DNA from: Octopus sinensis
Taxonomy: Eukaryota
Assembly (NCBI RefSeq): GCF_006345805.1
Contig: NC_043000.1
Location: forward strand, 150,722,001 to 150,786,000
DNA: 64,000 bases
Reading direction: 5' to 3'
The position numbers and the translations under genes were made by a program. The notes beneath the pieces are model-generated. The model saw only the letters and a list, made by a program, of their open reading frames with translations. It had not been told where the DNA came from and made no database searches. Shown one piece after another: positions 1 through 10,981 of the stretch. Each line of letters starts with the position of its first letter. The first letter of the stretch is position 1.

Positions 1-173
1 TTCCCCATTTTTAATGCATTTATTATTAAATCTCAGAACGTAAAAAGCCACAGTAACAACCCCCCCCTTTGTGGTTAGCCATATTGAGATGGCTATTATA
101 CTTTACATCTCTAAAAATGCTTATGTAGTTATTTCCCTTACAAACCCGAGGAATGCCGGGCGATACTGCTAGT
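1..173 (-). mobile_element. 5' end of a non-autonomous rolling-circle (Helentron-associated, HINE/DINE-1-like) element
   Basis: The - strand begins actagcagtatcgcccggcattcctcgggtttg, with a subterminal CCCG...CGGG hairpin typical of these elements. Confidence 0.45.
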
Positions 174-1101
174 GTTGAATAAACTATATTGTAGAGGTAA
201 AATAGGATAGTCTGAATTATGGAAACAGTTATAATAATATCTAATTTATGATGAATGAAATGAAGAACGCTTTGTCATGTAATCAGCAAGTGTTAGATAT
301 GTAGTTTGAGTCCTATCCATGGGCCTGTTTCTCTTTTCTGTCTTACATTTCTTCTTATGGTTAATATTTATTTTAAAGTATTAGCAGTTATTTCATTATT
401 TAAAACTTTTAGATTGCAACTCTAATGCTTCTTTAAGTTCTGATGCTTTTCAATGATATTTCAGAAAGAATATCTTAACAATATTGAAAATAGTTATTTT
501 TAAGTCTTTTTGCTGTGTTATCTGATGTTAGTTGTAATATTCTTTCTCCAAGAAAAGCTGTTGGATTTACTGCTGGCTGCAGAACTTGTCACTCTAATAT
601 CCGAATTATCTTTTGAATGTTTTTCTTTTACAGATATTTCATTTTGTTTCACTTTCATTGTCATCTGTTCTTTTCTTCTTTTGTTTTTGTCCTGATACTG
701 ATTGTAGTAAAGTCTCATGGCAATTATTCAGATTTCAAGTAGGAAATCTGATCTTCAATATAACAATATTCTTGTTGAATATTGCTAATTGTAAATGATT
801 GAATTTCGAAAATGTGCAAAAACTCTTTAAATCACCAATCACATTTCATCTGAAATGATTATGAATCATTTAATTAATATTCAAAATTGATTAGAAGAAA
901 GTAATTAAAATTCCCAACATTTTTTAATGGAATCTTTAGTTTCAAGAGCAAATATATAGAAATATATATATGTTTAATATATTGACAAGGTCATGAAATA
1001 TTTAATTTGCAAGCTTAATTATTTTCTAAATTGTAAGTGCTTAATCATGATAGGCTTAATTAAATACTATTTTTATGTTTCCATTTTTTTTTTTTTCTTA
1101 G

Positions 1102-1240
1102 ATGTTGGATAGGGTTTACATGCAGCTACAAACATTCTTAGATGACCCTGTATACCGAGATCAACATACTGTACAAATGGAAATTATTCGAACTTTTGCT
1201 CGTGTAGGACCAAATGCAGAGCCTCGTTTCAGAGATGAAT
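1102..1240 (+). CDS. RELCH: Internal coding exon of RELCH/KIAA1468 (RAB11-binding LisH, coiled-coil and HEAT-repeat protein), C-terminal region
   Basis: Long polypyrimidine tract and AG at 1100-1101; GTAAGT donor at 1241. The 139-nt exon (phase 0 in, phase 1 out) encodes MLDRVYMQLQTFLDDPVYRDQHTVQMEIIRTFARVGPNAEPRFRDE, matching from memory the vertebrate RELCH segment FLEDPQYQDQHSLHTEIIKTFGRVGPNAEPRFRDEF. The ORF-track extension to 1305 is intron read-through. Confidence 0.88.
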
Positions 1241-2250
1241 GTAAGTTTACTTCCATTTTTCCAATTTTTCTCTTCCGAATGAAAATTCTAAAAATTTCAA
1301 AGTGAAAATTCTATGAAAATTGTTTATTTGGAAGGTTTTTTTTGCAAAAAGTTTAACTTGAATTTTTGTGAATTCTTTTATTTATTTCACTTTTACAAAA
1401 CTAAATATAATATCTAGTTTTACAGCTTTTATGAAATTAAAAAAAAATATACACATTTAGAATAATTCATTGAAATATTAAAACTTTATTGCAGTTATTT
1501 CGCTTACATCATGTAAATTGCACAAATCAACAGAAAGACTTCCAATCTTTTATATCTTTATGATAAAAGCTATATTTCTTCTGTTTCCACTGCTAAATAT
1601 AATAAATTCTCTGTTAGTTCAAAGTTCTACAATTGAAAATTTGAATATCGACCGATATTCAATATCACTAATGGCGTAAGCTTTGTAAACTCCAAACATT
1701 AGAAATATTGAAAAACTGCAAACTCTTTTTTCAATTGCTGTTGCTCTTTCTATAGTTTTCAATGTCAGCATCTTGTGTTTAATAAAATTGCTCCATTTTC
1801 CTTAATTTAGCAAAAGCATTGTTAGATTAGAGAGCGCTGATGTTTGGAAGAAACATTTAATCATATTATTATTGTATATTTTTTTTTTAGAAGTAGAAAT
1901 TTCTTTCAGCTATTATTCTGTACATTACTTACTTAATATACAGTGTGAGAACTTTCCAGTATCTTCATTATAATAGAAAACATGTGCTAACATACTATCT
2001 TAAAGATACTGTTTTGGCAGTAACAGGATTTTTGTTGATTTATATATGTACTGTGCAGTTTAGTATTCATTGAATTTTTAGTCATTATTTAACTCTGTGT
2101 CATTCTTAATCAAATGTACATGTGATTAAAGGTACTCTGTAAATGATTATTCCATCTTTTCCAAGATCCATAGCATATCATTGTACTTGTCTTTTCAAGA
2201 CATTGGGGTGTAATTTGAGAAAGATGTTTCTGTTATTTGTTATAGATGTA

Positions 2251-2293
<43 letters not shown>

Positions 2294-2295
<2 letters not shown>

Positions 2296-2675
2296 AGGCG
2301 CAATGGCCCAGTGGTTAGGGCAGCAGACTCGCAGTCATAGGATCGCGGTTTCGATTCCCAGACCGGGCGTTGTGAGTGTTTATTGAGCGAAAACACCTAA
2401 AGCTCCACGAGGCTCCGGCAGGGGATGGTGGTGATCCCTGCTGTACTCTTTCACCACAACTTTCTCTCACTCTTACTTCCTGTTTCTGTTGTACCTGTAT
2501 TTTCAAAGGGCCGGCCTTGTCACTCTCTGTGTCACGCTGAATATCCCCGAGAACTACGTTAAGGGTACACGTGTCTGTGGAGTGCTCAGCCACTTACACG
2601 TTAATTTCACGAGCAGGCTGTTCCGTTGATCGGAGCAACTGGAACCCTCATCGTCGTAACTGACAGAGTGCTTCA
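2294..2675 (+). mobile_element. tRNA-derived SINE (family B), full length, inserted in (TG)n
   Basis: A-box-like tggcccagtggttagg and B-box-like ggtttcgattccc; a near-identical inverted copy lies at 6653-7041. Confidence 0.85.
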
Positions 2676-2956
2676 GAGTGTGTGTGTGTGTGTGTGTGTA
2701 AACAAACAACCAACTAACCAATCACCAAACATGAAAGTTATCCCTATATCCTTCGTTCTTCATGTTCAGTGGTTATATGTTGGATGAATTGAAACCACAA
2801 CCATATCCCAATGAATATTAATTACAATATGGATAATTCAAATCTTGATTATGAATTTAGATATCTGTTGTCATTTGTTATCATCATCATTGTCATCTTT
2901 GTCAGCACGTCTATTTTTCCATTTTCTTTTTACTAAAATGGGTTTAATTATTTCGA

Positions 2957-3458
2957 TGACTGGCATCCGTGCTAGTGGGGTGCAAAGAGCACCATATGAG
3001 TGTGATCGTTGACAGAGAGGCTATTCGAGTATGATCATTACCAGCGTCGCCTTACTGGCACTCATGCCTGTGCTAGTAGGGTGCCAAGAACACCATCCGA
3101 GCGTGATCGTTGCCAGAGCAGCCAACTGGCTTCCGTACCTGTGGCACATAAAAGGGCACCATTCGAGCGTGATCGTTACCAACGTCGCTTCACTGGCACC
3201 TGTGTCGGTGGCACGTGTAAAAAGATTCGAGCGAGGTCATTGCCAGTACCGCCTGACTGGCCCCCGTGCAGGTGGCACGTAAAAAGCCCCCACTACACTC
3301 TCAGAGTGTTTGGCATTAGGAAGGGCATCCAACTGTAGAAATTCTGCCAGATCAAGACTGGAGCCTGGTGCAGCCATCTGGTTGCCAGCCCTCAGTCAAA
3401 ACCGTCCAACCCATGCTAGCATGGAAAACTGACGTTAAACAATGATGATGATGATGAT
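2957..3458 (+). mobile_element. 5'-truncated RTE LINE 3' end with about 5 hairpin repeat units and a (GAT)n tail
   Basis: Same terminal sequence (aggaagggcatcc...catgctagcatggaaaa...gttaaac-gatgatg) as the 3' UTR following the RT ORF at 43328-44553. Confidence 0.8.
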
Positions 3459-3911
3459 GGGTTGGGCAGAGCAATATCATTAAAAGATTTTTTTCCTTTT
3501 ACTTTAGAAAGCATTATACATTATATAGTATGTATAAACAGTCGTTAAGCTGTATATTCCTGTATTTAATGTCTTCAATTTTTCACTCCTTCCAGGATTT
3601 TGTTATTCTATTCTCAAACATTCCTTGACTCAGCTTTACTTTGCAACCATGTAGTTACAGGTTCAGTCCCACTATACAACACCTCAGACAAGAGGCCTTT
3701 AACATAGTCTTTAAGCGGAATTTGATAGACAGGAATTACATGGAAGCCTGTTATGTGTGTGTGTATGATTATGTATTTTGCAATTATGCATTGACAAAGG
3801 ATGTAAACAACGGCAAAATGCTATAGCTGTCTGAATGAGTTACAGAAGTTATTTTATCACTCATTGTCAAAAATATAGTTAACCATTGACTGGTCTGTTG
3901 AAAAATATTAA

Positions 3912-4125
3912 CCCTTTAGCATTTAATCCGGCCATATCTGACCAAATATTCTATCTGTTTTATGTACAAACTGACCACATCAAACCTCTAACATCTACCC
4001 TATAATGTCATTCTAGAAATATGCCAACACACAAATTTTGAATATACAAGATAATGCTTATTAACGAAAAACAATGTGAATAAATAAGCATTACATTTGA
4101 CAAAAAAAATCTGACTGCTAAAGGG
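3912..4125. mobile_element. piggyBac-type MITE, family B
   Basis: TIRs CCCTTTAGC...GCTAAAGGG flanked by TTAA on both sides. Related copies at 16702-16929, about 18847-19059 and about 20550-20716. Confidence 0.8.
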
Positions 4126-4141
4126 TTAAACAATGACATTA

Positions 4142-4403
4142 TTACTGAGATGTACTTGCATAGCAAGTGACCTGATCTGAAATAATGTACTGGAATGAAA
4201 ACAATTGCAGTGTGGAAGGTGTTTATAAGCCATTTACGAAACACAAAAACCGTTAGATTCCCTTCAACATTTAAATTTAAATTGCCAAAATATTTTCGTC
4301 ACTTTGAGATGCAGCATGAAATTTTGTCAGTGGCCAGTTCGCAGTCTCAAAGCGATGAAAATATTTTGGCAAATTAAATTTAAATGTTGAAGTGAATCTA
4401 ATG
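4142..4403. mobile_element. Fold-back (hairpin) MITE, right end truncated
   Basis: Internal long inverted repeat. The left terminus ttactgagatgtacttgcatagc is the near reverse complement of the right terminus of the 36897 and 37303 copies. Confidence 0.7.
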
Positions 4404-5331
4404 ACAATCTAATTGCAATCACTAATTGCAATATCAAATCAAAATTATAGCTACTTTTAACTCTAAATTCACCATGTCTTTTAGGTATTAGTCCTATCAT
4501 GCAACTTCTGTTAGTAACTTAAGAATACCATTGTGGCTTTGATATTCTTTATTTTATTTAAACTAGTGACTTCTGACTTGGGTAGTTCCAAATTTAAGAA
4601 AACTTCAGTTATTCTTAATATTTACTGTTTTTAAATTTCTGATTTGATGAAATTCATACACTGGCAATAGATTGTTTTGATGTTCATTTTAGTTTTATGA
4701 GATATTTTCTCAACAATGGTTTTTGTTTCACTTAATGAAAATCGAAGTGATATCAGTGATTATCATTTCAACTTAAAAAATGATACTAAATTTCTAAAAT
4801 GATTACTGAAAGCACTAGAGCCACCTTTCCCCAATCCTTGCAATTAAGAAATGATTATTTTCACCAAAATTGAAGTAAAAATAATCAAGGATAAGCATAA
4901 AATTGGAGCCAAGGAAAGTGGTGGTTTATGTTCCACTACCTATTTCTTTATTACCCACAAGGGGCTAAACATAGAGGGGACAAACAAGGACAGACATAGG
5001 TATTAAGTCGATTACATCAACCCCAGTGCGTAACTGGTACTTAATTTATGTGCCACTGCCTGATCATTGAGCATCTTTAGTAACATCCAGTATGGTTCAG
5101 GACTCTAGTCTGTAGTCAGTTTTCTCCTTTTTCTCCTGCCAGTCTTAGTAGACCTGAGTAAGGTCATAGTCAGTACTTCTCCCTCTACTTCTTGGATGAA
5201 GTCATGTAAAAAAAATTTTAAGACAGAAAAATATAACAGTAATAACAGATGTTGTTTATGTCATGCAGAAAAGAAAATTTGTCTCTCTGGGTAGGGAGGG
5301 ACCTTTTTTCACAGAAACAAGGCATCTTTAA

Positions 5332-5552
5332 CCCTTTTGTTACTGTATTTATTGTGAGATGTTCTATGTTTCTTTCAATTACTTTAAATATAACAAAGAA
5401 TTTAGTAAAATAACTTAGTTACCATTCAGCTTGTATTAGGAACATAAATTGTGACTAAGGTTTGGTGGAAGATTTTAATTTAAAACTTATGGAAACAAGA
5501 CATTTGTACAACAGAGCCAGAGCCGGTTTCAGCCGGGTTGGTAACAAAAGGG
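5332..5552. mobile_element. piggyBac-type MITE, family A (221 bp)
   Basis: TTAA|CCCTTTTGTTAC...GTAACAAAAGGG|TTAA. Confidence 0.85.
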
Positions 5553-5899
5553 TTAATGATGGCACATTGAATTTTGCCTATCCACATGGATAGTCTAAAT
5601 ATCTCATTTTATAATCTAGAGATATGTTATGCAAATATTTTTAGTTCAGCTGACATCACAATTGGAAATTCTTTTGTTTTATTTTTCTATTTTTCTATCT
5701 TCAATTATGTTTTCATCTATTTGTTTATGGAAAGAAGGAAGCTGACTCATAGTCCTTAAGCATATGCAGTATTCAAGTTTCTCAATTATATTATAAAATT
5801 TCCCATACAGATTATAATATTCTCACTATATATTCTATTCAGTTCAGTTTATTACATACAGATACAATGAAAATGGTGGATGCTTACAGTAGGCTGAAA

Positions 5900-6330
5900 A
5901 GAAAAGATTGCAAATGCGCAGGCTCTCAATTAATTTTAGGAAATTGCTAAAAGCTTCAGGGTTAGACAGGAGTAGATGCATTCATACAATTAGTTAATCA
6001 GATTATAGACAGGAGTGTTATCTCTGGTTACTGGCATGTTAGCACCATTATAAGAGAGCCAGTATGATGTATTTCAGAAGAAACAACACAATGAATTAGA
6101 TTATTACAAACCAACCAATGGTAATTTGCAAAGAATGTGGTAGTAATAACTCTGTAAGACAAGACTTAAAGTAGAGTCTGTGTCTTCAATGTTTTAAAGG
6201 AACTGTAGCTATTATATTTCTTGTTGGACATTTGTATGAATAGTAAATGTCAAAGAACATGTAAGTAGTTTATAGCATTTAGAACTAAAATATGTAAGAA
6301 ATCTATAGCTTTCTGTGAAATAAATGAACT
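5900..6330 (+). mobile_element. Highly degraded RTE reverse-transcriptase fragment
   Basis: Remnant translation resembling xLKASG...LVNQII and the downstream LY.AF..L segment; many stops and frameshifts. Confidence 0.4.
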
Positions 6331-6652
6331 CAGCAAAGGACATTAGATGCAGATTAAATGACCTATAAAAATACCTTTTATGTACTAAAACCTAAAATGT
6401 TATATTCTTTTGTAGAAGTTTCTTTTGCTTGAGATGATTAATTACAAGATTTTTGTATTCTCTCTCTCTCTCCCTATCTCTCTCTCTCTCTCTCTCTCTC
6501 TTTATTTCTATCTCTCTCCCTATGATAAAGAAAAAGAGAATGTAAGCTTCTTGTTATCAGAATGGCAATAAATTCCATGCCTATTATACAGTTATGTTGT
6601 TAGCATTAGAAATTATCATGTTAAACAAATATAAAAAAGACATGTGAATCTT

Positions 6653-7041
6653 GATGGAAGCACTCTGTCGGTTACGACGACGAGGGTTCCGGTTGATCCG
6701 AATCAACGGAACAGCCTGCTCGTGAAATTAACGTGTAAGTGGCTGAGCACTCCACAGACACGTGTACCCTTAACGTAGTTCTCGGGGATATTCAGCGTGA
6801 CACAGAGAGTGACAAGGCCAGCCCTTTGAAATACAGGTACAACAGAAACAGGAAGTAAGAGTGAGAGAAAGTTGTGGTGAAAGAGTACAGCAGGGATCAC
6901 CACCATCCCCTGCCGGAGCCTCGTGGAGCTTTTAGGTGTTTTTGCTCAATAAACACTCACAACGCCCGGTCTGGGAATTGAAACTGTGATCCTATGACTG
7001 CGAGTCTGCTGCCCTAACCACTGGGCCATTGTGCCTCCACG
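6653..7041 (-). mobile_element. tRNA-derived SINE (family B), full length
   Basis: Reverse complement of 2294-2675; 10-bp target-site duplication tgtgaatctt at 6643-6652 and 7042-7051. Confidence 0.88.
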
Positions 7042-7156
7042 TGTGAATCTTACACATGCTAACAAAGAAAGATGTGTTTAATTAGAATTAAATCTTCATT
7101 ATTATGTCAGTTGTAGAGAAAACAATTTTCTTGTAGTGTTGAAATCTACTTTGAAT

Positions 7157-7160
<4 letters not shown>

Positions 7161-7188
<28 letters not shown>

Positions 7189-7692
7189 TGTTTAATGTCT
7201 GCTTTCCATGCTGGCATGGGTTGGATGGTTTGACTGAGGTCTGGCGAGCCAGAAGTCTGCACCAGTCTCCAATCTGATCTGGCAAGTTTCTGCAGCTGGA
7301 TGCCCTTCCTAACGCTAACCACTCCGAGAATGTAGTGGGTGCTTTTACATGCCACTGGCATGAGGGCCAGTCAGGTGGTACTGGCAACAACCAATCTTGA
7401 ATGGTGCTTTTTTATGTGCCACTGGCACAGGAGCCAGTCTGGTGGTTCTGGCAATGACCACACTCGAATGGTGCTTTTTTTATGTGCCACCGGCATGGGA
7501 GCCAGTCAGTGGCCCTGGCAAGGATCATGGTTGAATGGTGCTTTTTTATGTGTCACTGGCACAGGAGCCACTCTGGCGGTACTGGCAAAGATCATGCTCG
7601 AATGGTGCTTTTTTTATGTGCCACCGGCATGGGAGCCAATCAGTGGCCCTGGCAATGATCATGGTTGAATGGTGCTTTTAACGTTCCACTAG
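7161..7692 (-). mobile_element. 5'-truncated RTE LINE 3' end with 6 repeat motifs
   Basis: (CAT)n tail at 7161; GGTGCTTTT motifs at 7338, 7403, 7470, 7537, 7604 and 7671. Confidence 0.8.
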
Positions 7693-8574
7693 CTATACCA
7701 AATTGTTTTAATTTTAAATCGTATAAATCCTTAAAAATGTTTTAGCCCGAAGGCTGCGGCCATGCTGGGGCACCACCGTATGTTCCAATTTATCATTTGA
7801 TATGCCAATTATTCAGTCTTTATGCTGTTAATCTTGTCCAAAATGTAATGTGACATCATAGATATTGGAAGATTAAAAAAAAAAATAAATGAAATAATAT
7901 TTGTTTGCAAATTCTTAAAAAGATAATTTTATTAAAAATCATATTAAAAAAATAAGCATTTATCCACTTTTGTCTTGCCTTGGGCCTTCAACGTCTGATG
8001 GCATCATAGAGACATTGTCATGATATGTAGTGTATCTTGAGTATTTCAAACCTTGAATAGCCCACCCCTCTCCATTTTTATGCTCATTAATCAGAAGACT
8101 TAAAATGAACACTTAATGACCTTTTGAAATCAGCATTTAATAGCTAGCAAGTTAAACAGGATTATTAAGTTTCAGTACCATAATAAATGTTTACAAAAGT
8201 AGCTGTATCTAATGCATTTGGATTTAAGGGTTTCCATAGTGTATTCAGTTTCCCGGAAGTTCAGTTTCTCTAACCCTGTTGTCTATTAACCTATCACTCT
8301 CAGTCCAACATTTCCAATATGATGGAAACCACTTTTAACAATGAATTTCTGTAATGCTTTGAGTCTGTCTTCCTCCTCAAAGGATCACTAGTATGACTTC
8401 TGGAAAGCTAAATTGAATAGACACCTGCTTTGAGTCTGTCACTCATCTTGGGTCTGTTAGTCTTGAGAAATTTATTGAAAACAATGTTTTTTGGCAAAGT
8501 ATTTAACTGTCCCTACTTTAAGGATCTCCTGCTCCTCTGTTCACCCATTGGCTCCTTCCATCTCTTGTTTCTTA

Positions 8575-8804
8575 TTTCTTTATTGTCCACAAGGGGCTAA
8601 ACATGGAGGGGACAAACAAGGACAGACAAAGGGATTATGCCGATTACATCGACCCCAGTGTGTAACTGGTACTTAATTTATTGACCCTTAAAGGATGAAA
8701 GGCAAACTCGATCCCAGTGGAATTTGAACTCAGAACGTAATGGCAAATGAAATACCGCTAAGCATTTCGCCTGGCGTGCTAATGTTTCTGCCAGCCCATC
8801 ACCT
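8575..8804 (-). mobile_element. tRNA-derived SINE (family C)
   Basis: B-box gagttcaaattcc on the - strand; 14-bp TSD tctcttgtttctta at 8561-8574 and 8805-8818. Other copies at 25051-25261 and a 3' fragment at about 4944-5048. Confidence 0.8.
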
Positions 8805-9020
8805 TCTCTTGTTTCTTAGACTGGAAAGTTCCTCACAGATTGCACCATCTCAATGTGCACTGACTGACCTCTTGACCAACATGTTGGTGTGCCTCAAGAT
8901 TCAGAAAGGAAAAAAATGTTCCCACATTAGGACAGTAGTGCTGCTACACACATGGACATCCTAAACTGCATCAAAAAGAAGGTACCCTACCTATTAATAA
9001 GGAGTTGCTCTCCATATACA

Positions 9021-9186
9021 GGCGCAGGAGTGGCTGTGTGGTAAGTAGCTTGTTTACCAACCACATGGTTCCGGGTTCAGTCCACTGCATGGCACCTTGG
9101 GCAACTGTCTTCTACTATAGCCTCGGGCCGACCAAAGCTGTGTGAGTGGATTTGGTAGACGGAAACTGAAAGAAGCCCGTCGTATA

Positions 9187-9232
<46 letters not shown>

Positions 9233-9473
9233 ATGTGTGTGTGTGTGTGTGTGTGTGTTTGTGTGTGTCTGTGTTTGTCCCCCTAGCATTGCTTGACAAC
9301 CGATGCTGGTGTGTTTATGTCCCCGTCACTTAGCGGTTCGGCAAAAGAGACCGATAGAATAAGTACTGGGCTTACAAAAGAATAAGTCCCGGGTTCGAGT
9401 TGCTCGATTAAAGGCGGTGCTCCAGCATGGCCGCAGTCAAATGACTGAAACAAGTAAAAGAGTGAAAAGAGTA
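9021..9473 (+). mobile_element. tRNA-derived SINE (family A) with internal (TA)n(TG)n
   Basis: Head ggcgcaggagtggctgtgtggtaag...ggttccgggttcagtcc; tail gactgaaacaagtaaaagagt; multiple copies in the window. Confidence 0.85.
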
Positions 9474-9499
9474 ATACACACCAACATTTAAATCACAGA

Positions 9500-9790
9500 A
9501 ATGCTTTCCTCATGTGGCTTTTTATATCACAACTATAGTAGCCTCTGTCCCTCAGAACTAAGTGATTGCATACCTCCACACTCTATACTAGTCCACTCAA
9601 CGTACCTGTCTCTCCTGCTATCACCACCCTTTCTTCCCTCCCCCTCCTCACAAAGTTCTACACTGACCACTAATCTGAATCCTTTCTTACCAGAATGTCA
9701 GTTCCCTAGAATTCTCCCCTTCCTCCACCACGTTTCTCATACACACACGGAACTTTCAGGCTTATAAGATGAACAGCAGTTACGTCAATT
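9500..9790 (+). mobile_element. Degraded CR1/L2-type LINE 3' fragment
   Basis: Remnant FLYHNYSSLCPSELSDCIPP resembles the post-RT C-terminal region of CR1/L2-group LINEs. Confidence 0.4.
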
Positions 9791-10761
9791 GCTACAGTCT
9801 CTGAGGTCCTGTGAAGGTTATGGTTGTAGTGCTATCCTTTTAACCGTTAATAAACGATTAGAAAGTACTTGCGAGCCATTATATATTTTTGTCATATGCA
9901 TTTATGTTTAAAACTAAAATAACATTGATTGCTTAAATTTTTACAAGCTTGATTTGTTTTCTGAAGCAATTAGAATAGTCTGGCATTGAAGTTGTACTTT
10001 CACTTTCCTATCTGTATTACACTGTATATCTTTCTATATTTTTTTCCTTCTGGTATTGATTCTTCTAAATTAATGTTCTGTTTTGTTGGTTGCTATTTCC
10101 ACAAGTCTGGCCTGACAATTATGTTTTATACATTTCTCATTGTCCTCTAATCTGGGAAATGTTGTTGTAAATCTTATAAACAGTTGTACGTTGTCTAACC
10201 TTTATAGCCTTCATTCCATAAACATTCCATAAACCATTATTACTTAAATATTCTGTCTGGTGATGGGACTTGAAATTTATAAGATAGTACACATTGTGCC
10301 ATTGAGAACTTAATTTGCTCTAAAATTCAGTGATGGACTAATTGTGTAGTGTATTGTTGGAATGTTATTTTAATGAGTGTTCATTAAAAATTTTAATATC
10401 CGATAAAGAGTTAAACATTGATTACACTGGTGGTAAAATATTTTCTTATTTTTGAGTTGCCCTAAATATTTTTGCTTTTACAACACCTACTTTGTTAGTA
10501 ATACCACACCATTATTTGCATAGATAGATAGCTTTAGGCTTAATTGATTGGTATTCTCCCATAGTTAATAAGTCTATAAAAAAATTCTTTACAGTTATGT
10601 TTATTACTGTCCAGCTTCTCTGCAAGGTTTTTCTAAGATTTAATTTAACCTCTGTTTTACTAAAATGAAAATGCACTGCTTATGTCTTTGAATTAACTTT
10701 GCAATTAATCAAGAATTTTGAGGCATTTAGTAAAATAGCTAACTTTTTTTTTTATTATTAA

Positions 10762-10981
10762 CCCTTTCGTTACTGTATTTATTTTCAGATGCTCTGTGTT
10801 TCTTTCAATCATTTTAAATATAACAAAGAATTTAGTGAAATAACTTAGTTATCATTAAGCTAGTGTTTGGAACATAAACTGTGACTAAGTTTGGTGGAAG
10901 ATTTTAATTCAAAACGTATGAAAACAAGATATTTGTACTACAGAGCCAGAGCAGGTTTCAGCCGGGTTAGTAACGAAAGGG
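10762..10981. mobile_element. piggyBac-type MITE, family A (220 bp)
   Basis: TTAA|CCCTTTCGTTAC...GTAACGAAAGGG|TTAA; interior matches 5332-5552. Confidence 0.85.

Noticed and set aside
518-718. - strand ORF MRLYYNQYQDKNKRRKEQ...
   Set aside because: Short, with no recognisable motif or splice signals; explained by T-rich strand bias.
2294-2370. tRNA-like sequences at SINE heads (also 9021, 28263 and others)
   Set aside because: They continue into SINE bodies and lack a complete cloverleaf; not tRNA genes.
7338-7692. Repeat-spacer pattern resembling a CRISPR array (also 2957-3310 and 24241-24510)
   Set aside because: Eukaryotic DNA with no cas genes; the units are embedded in LINE 3' ends and the 'spacers' are homologous to one another.
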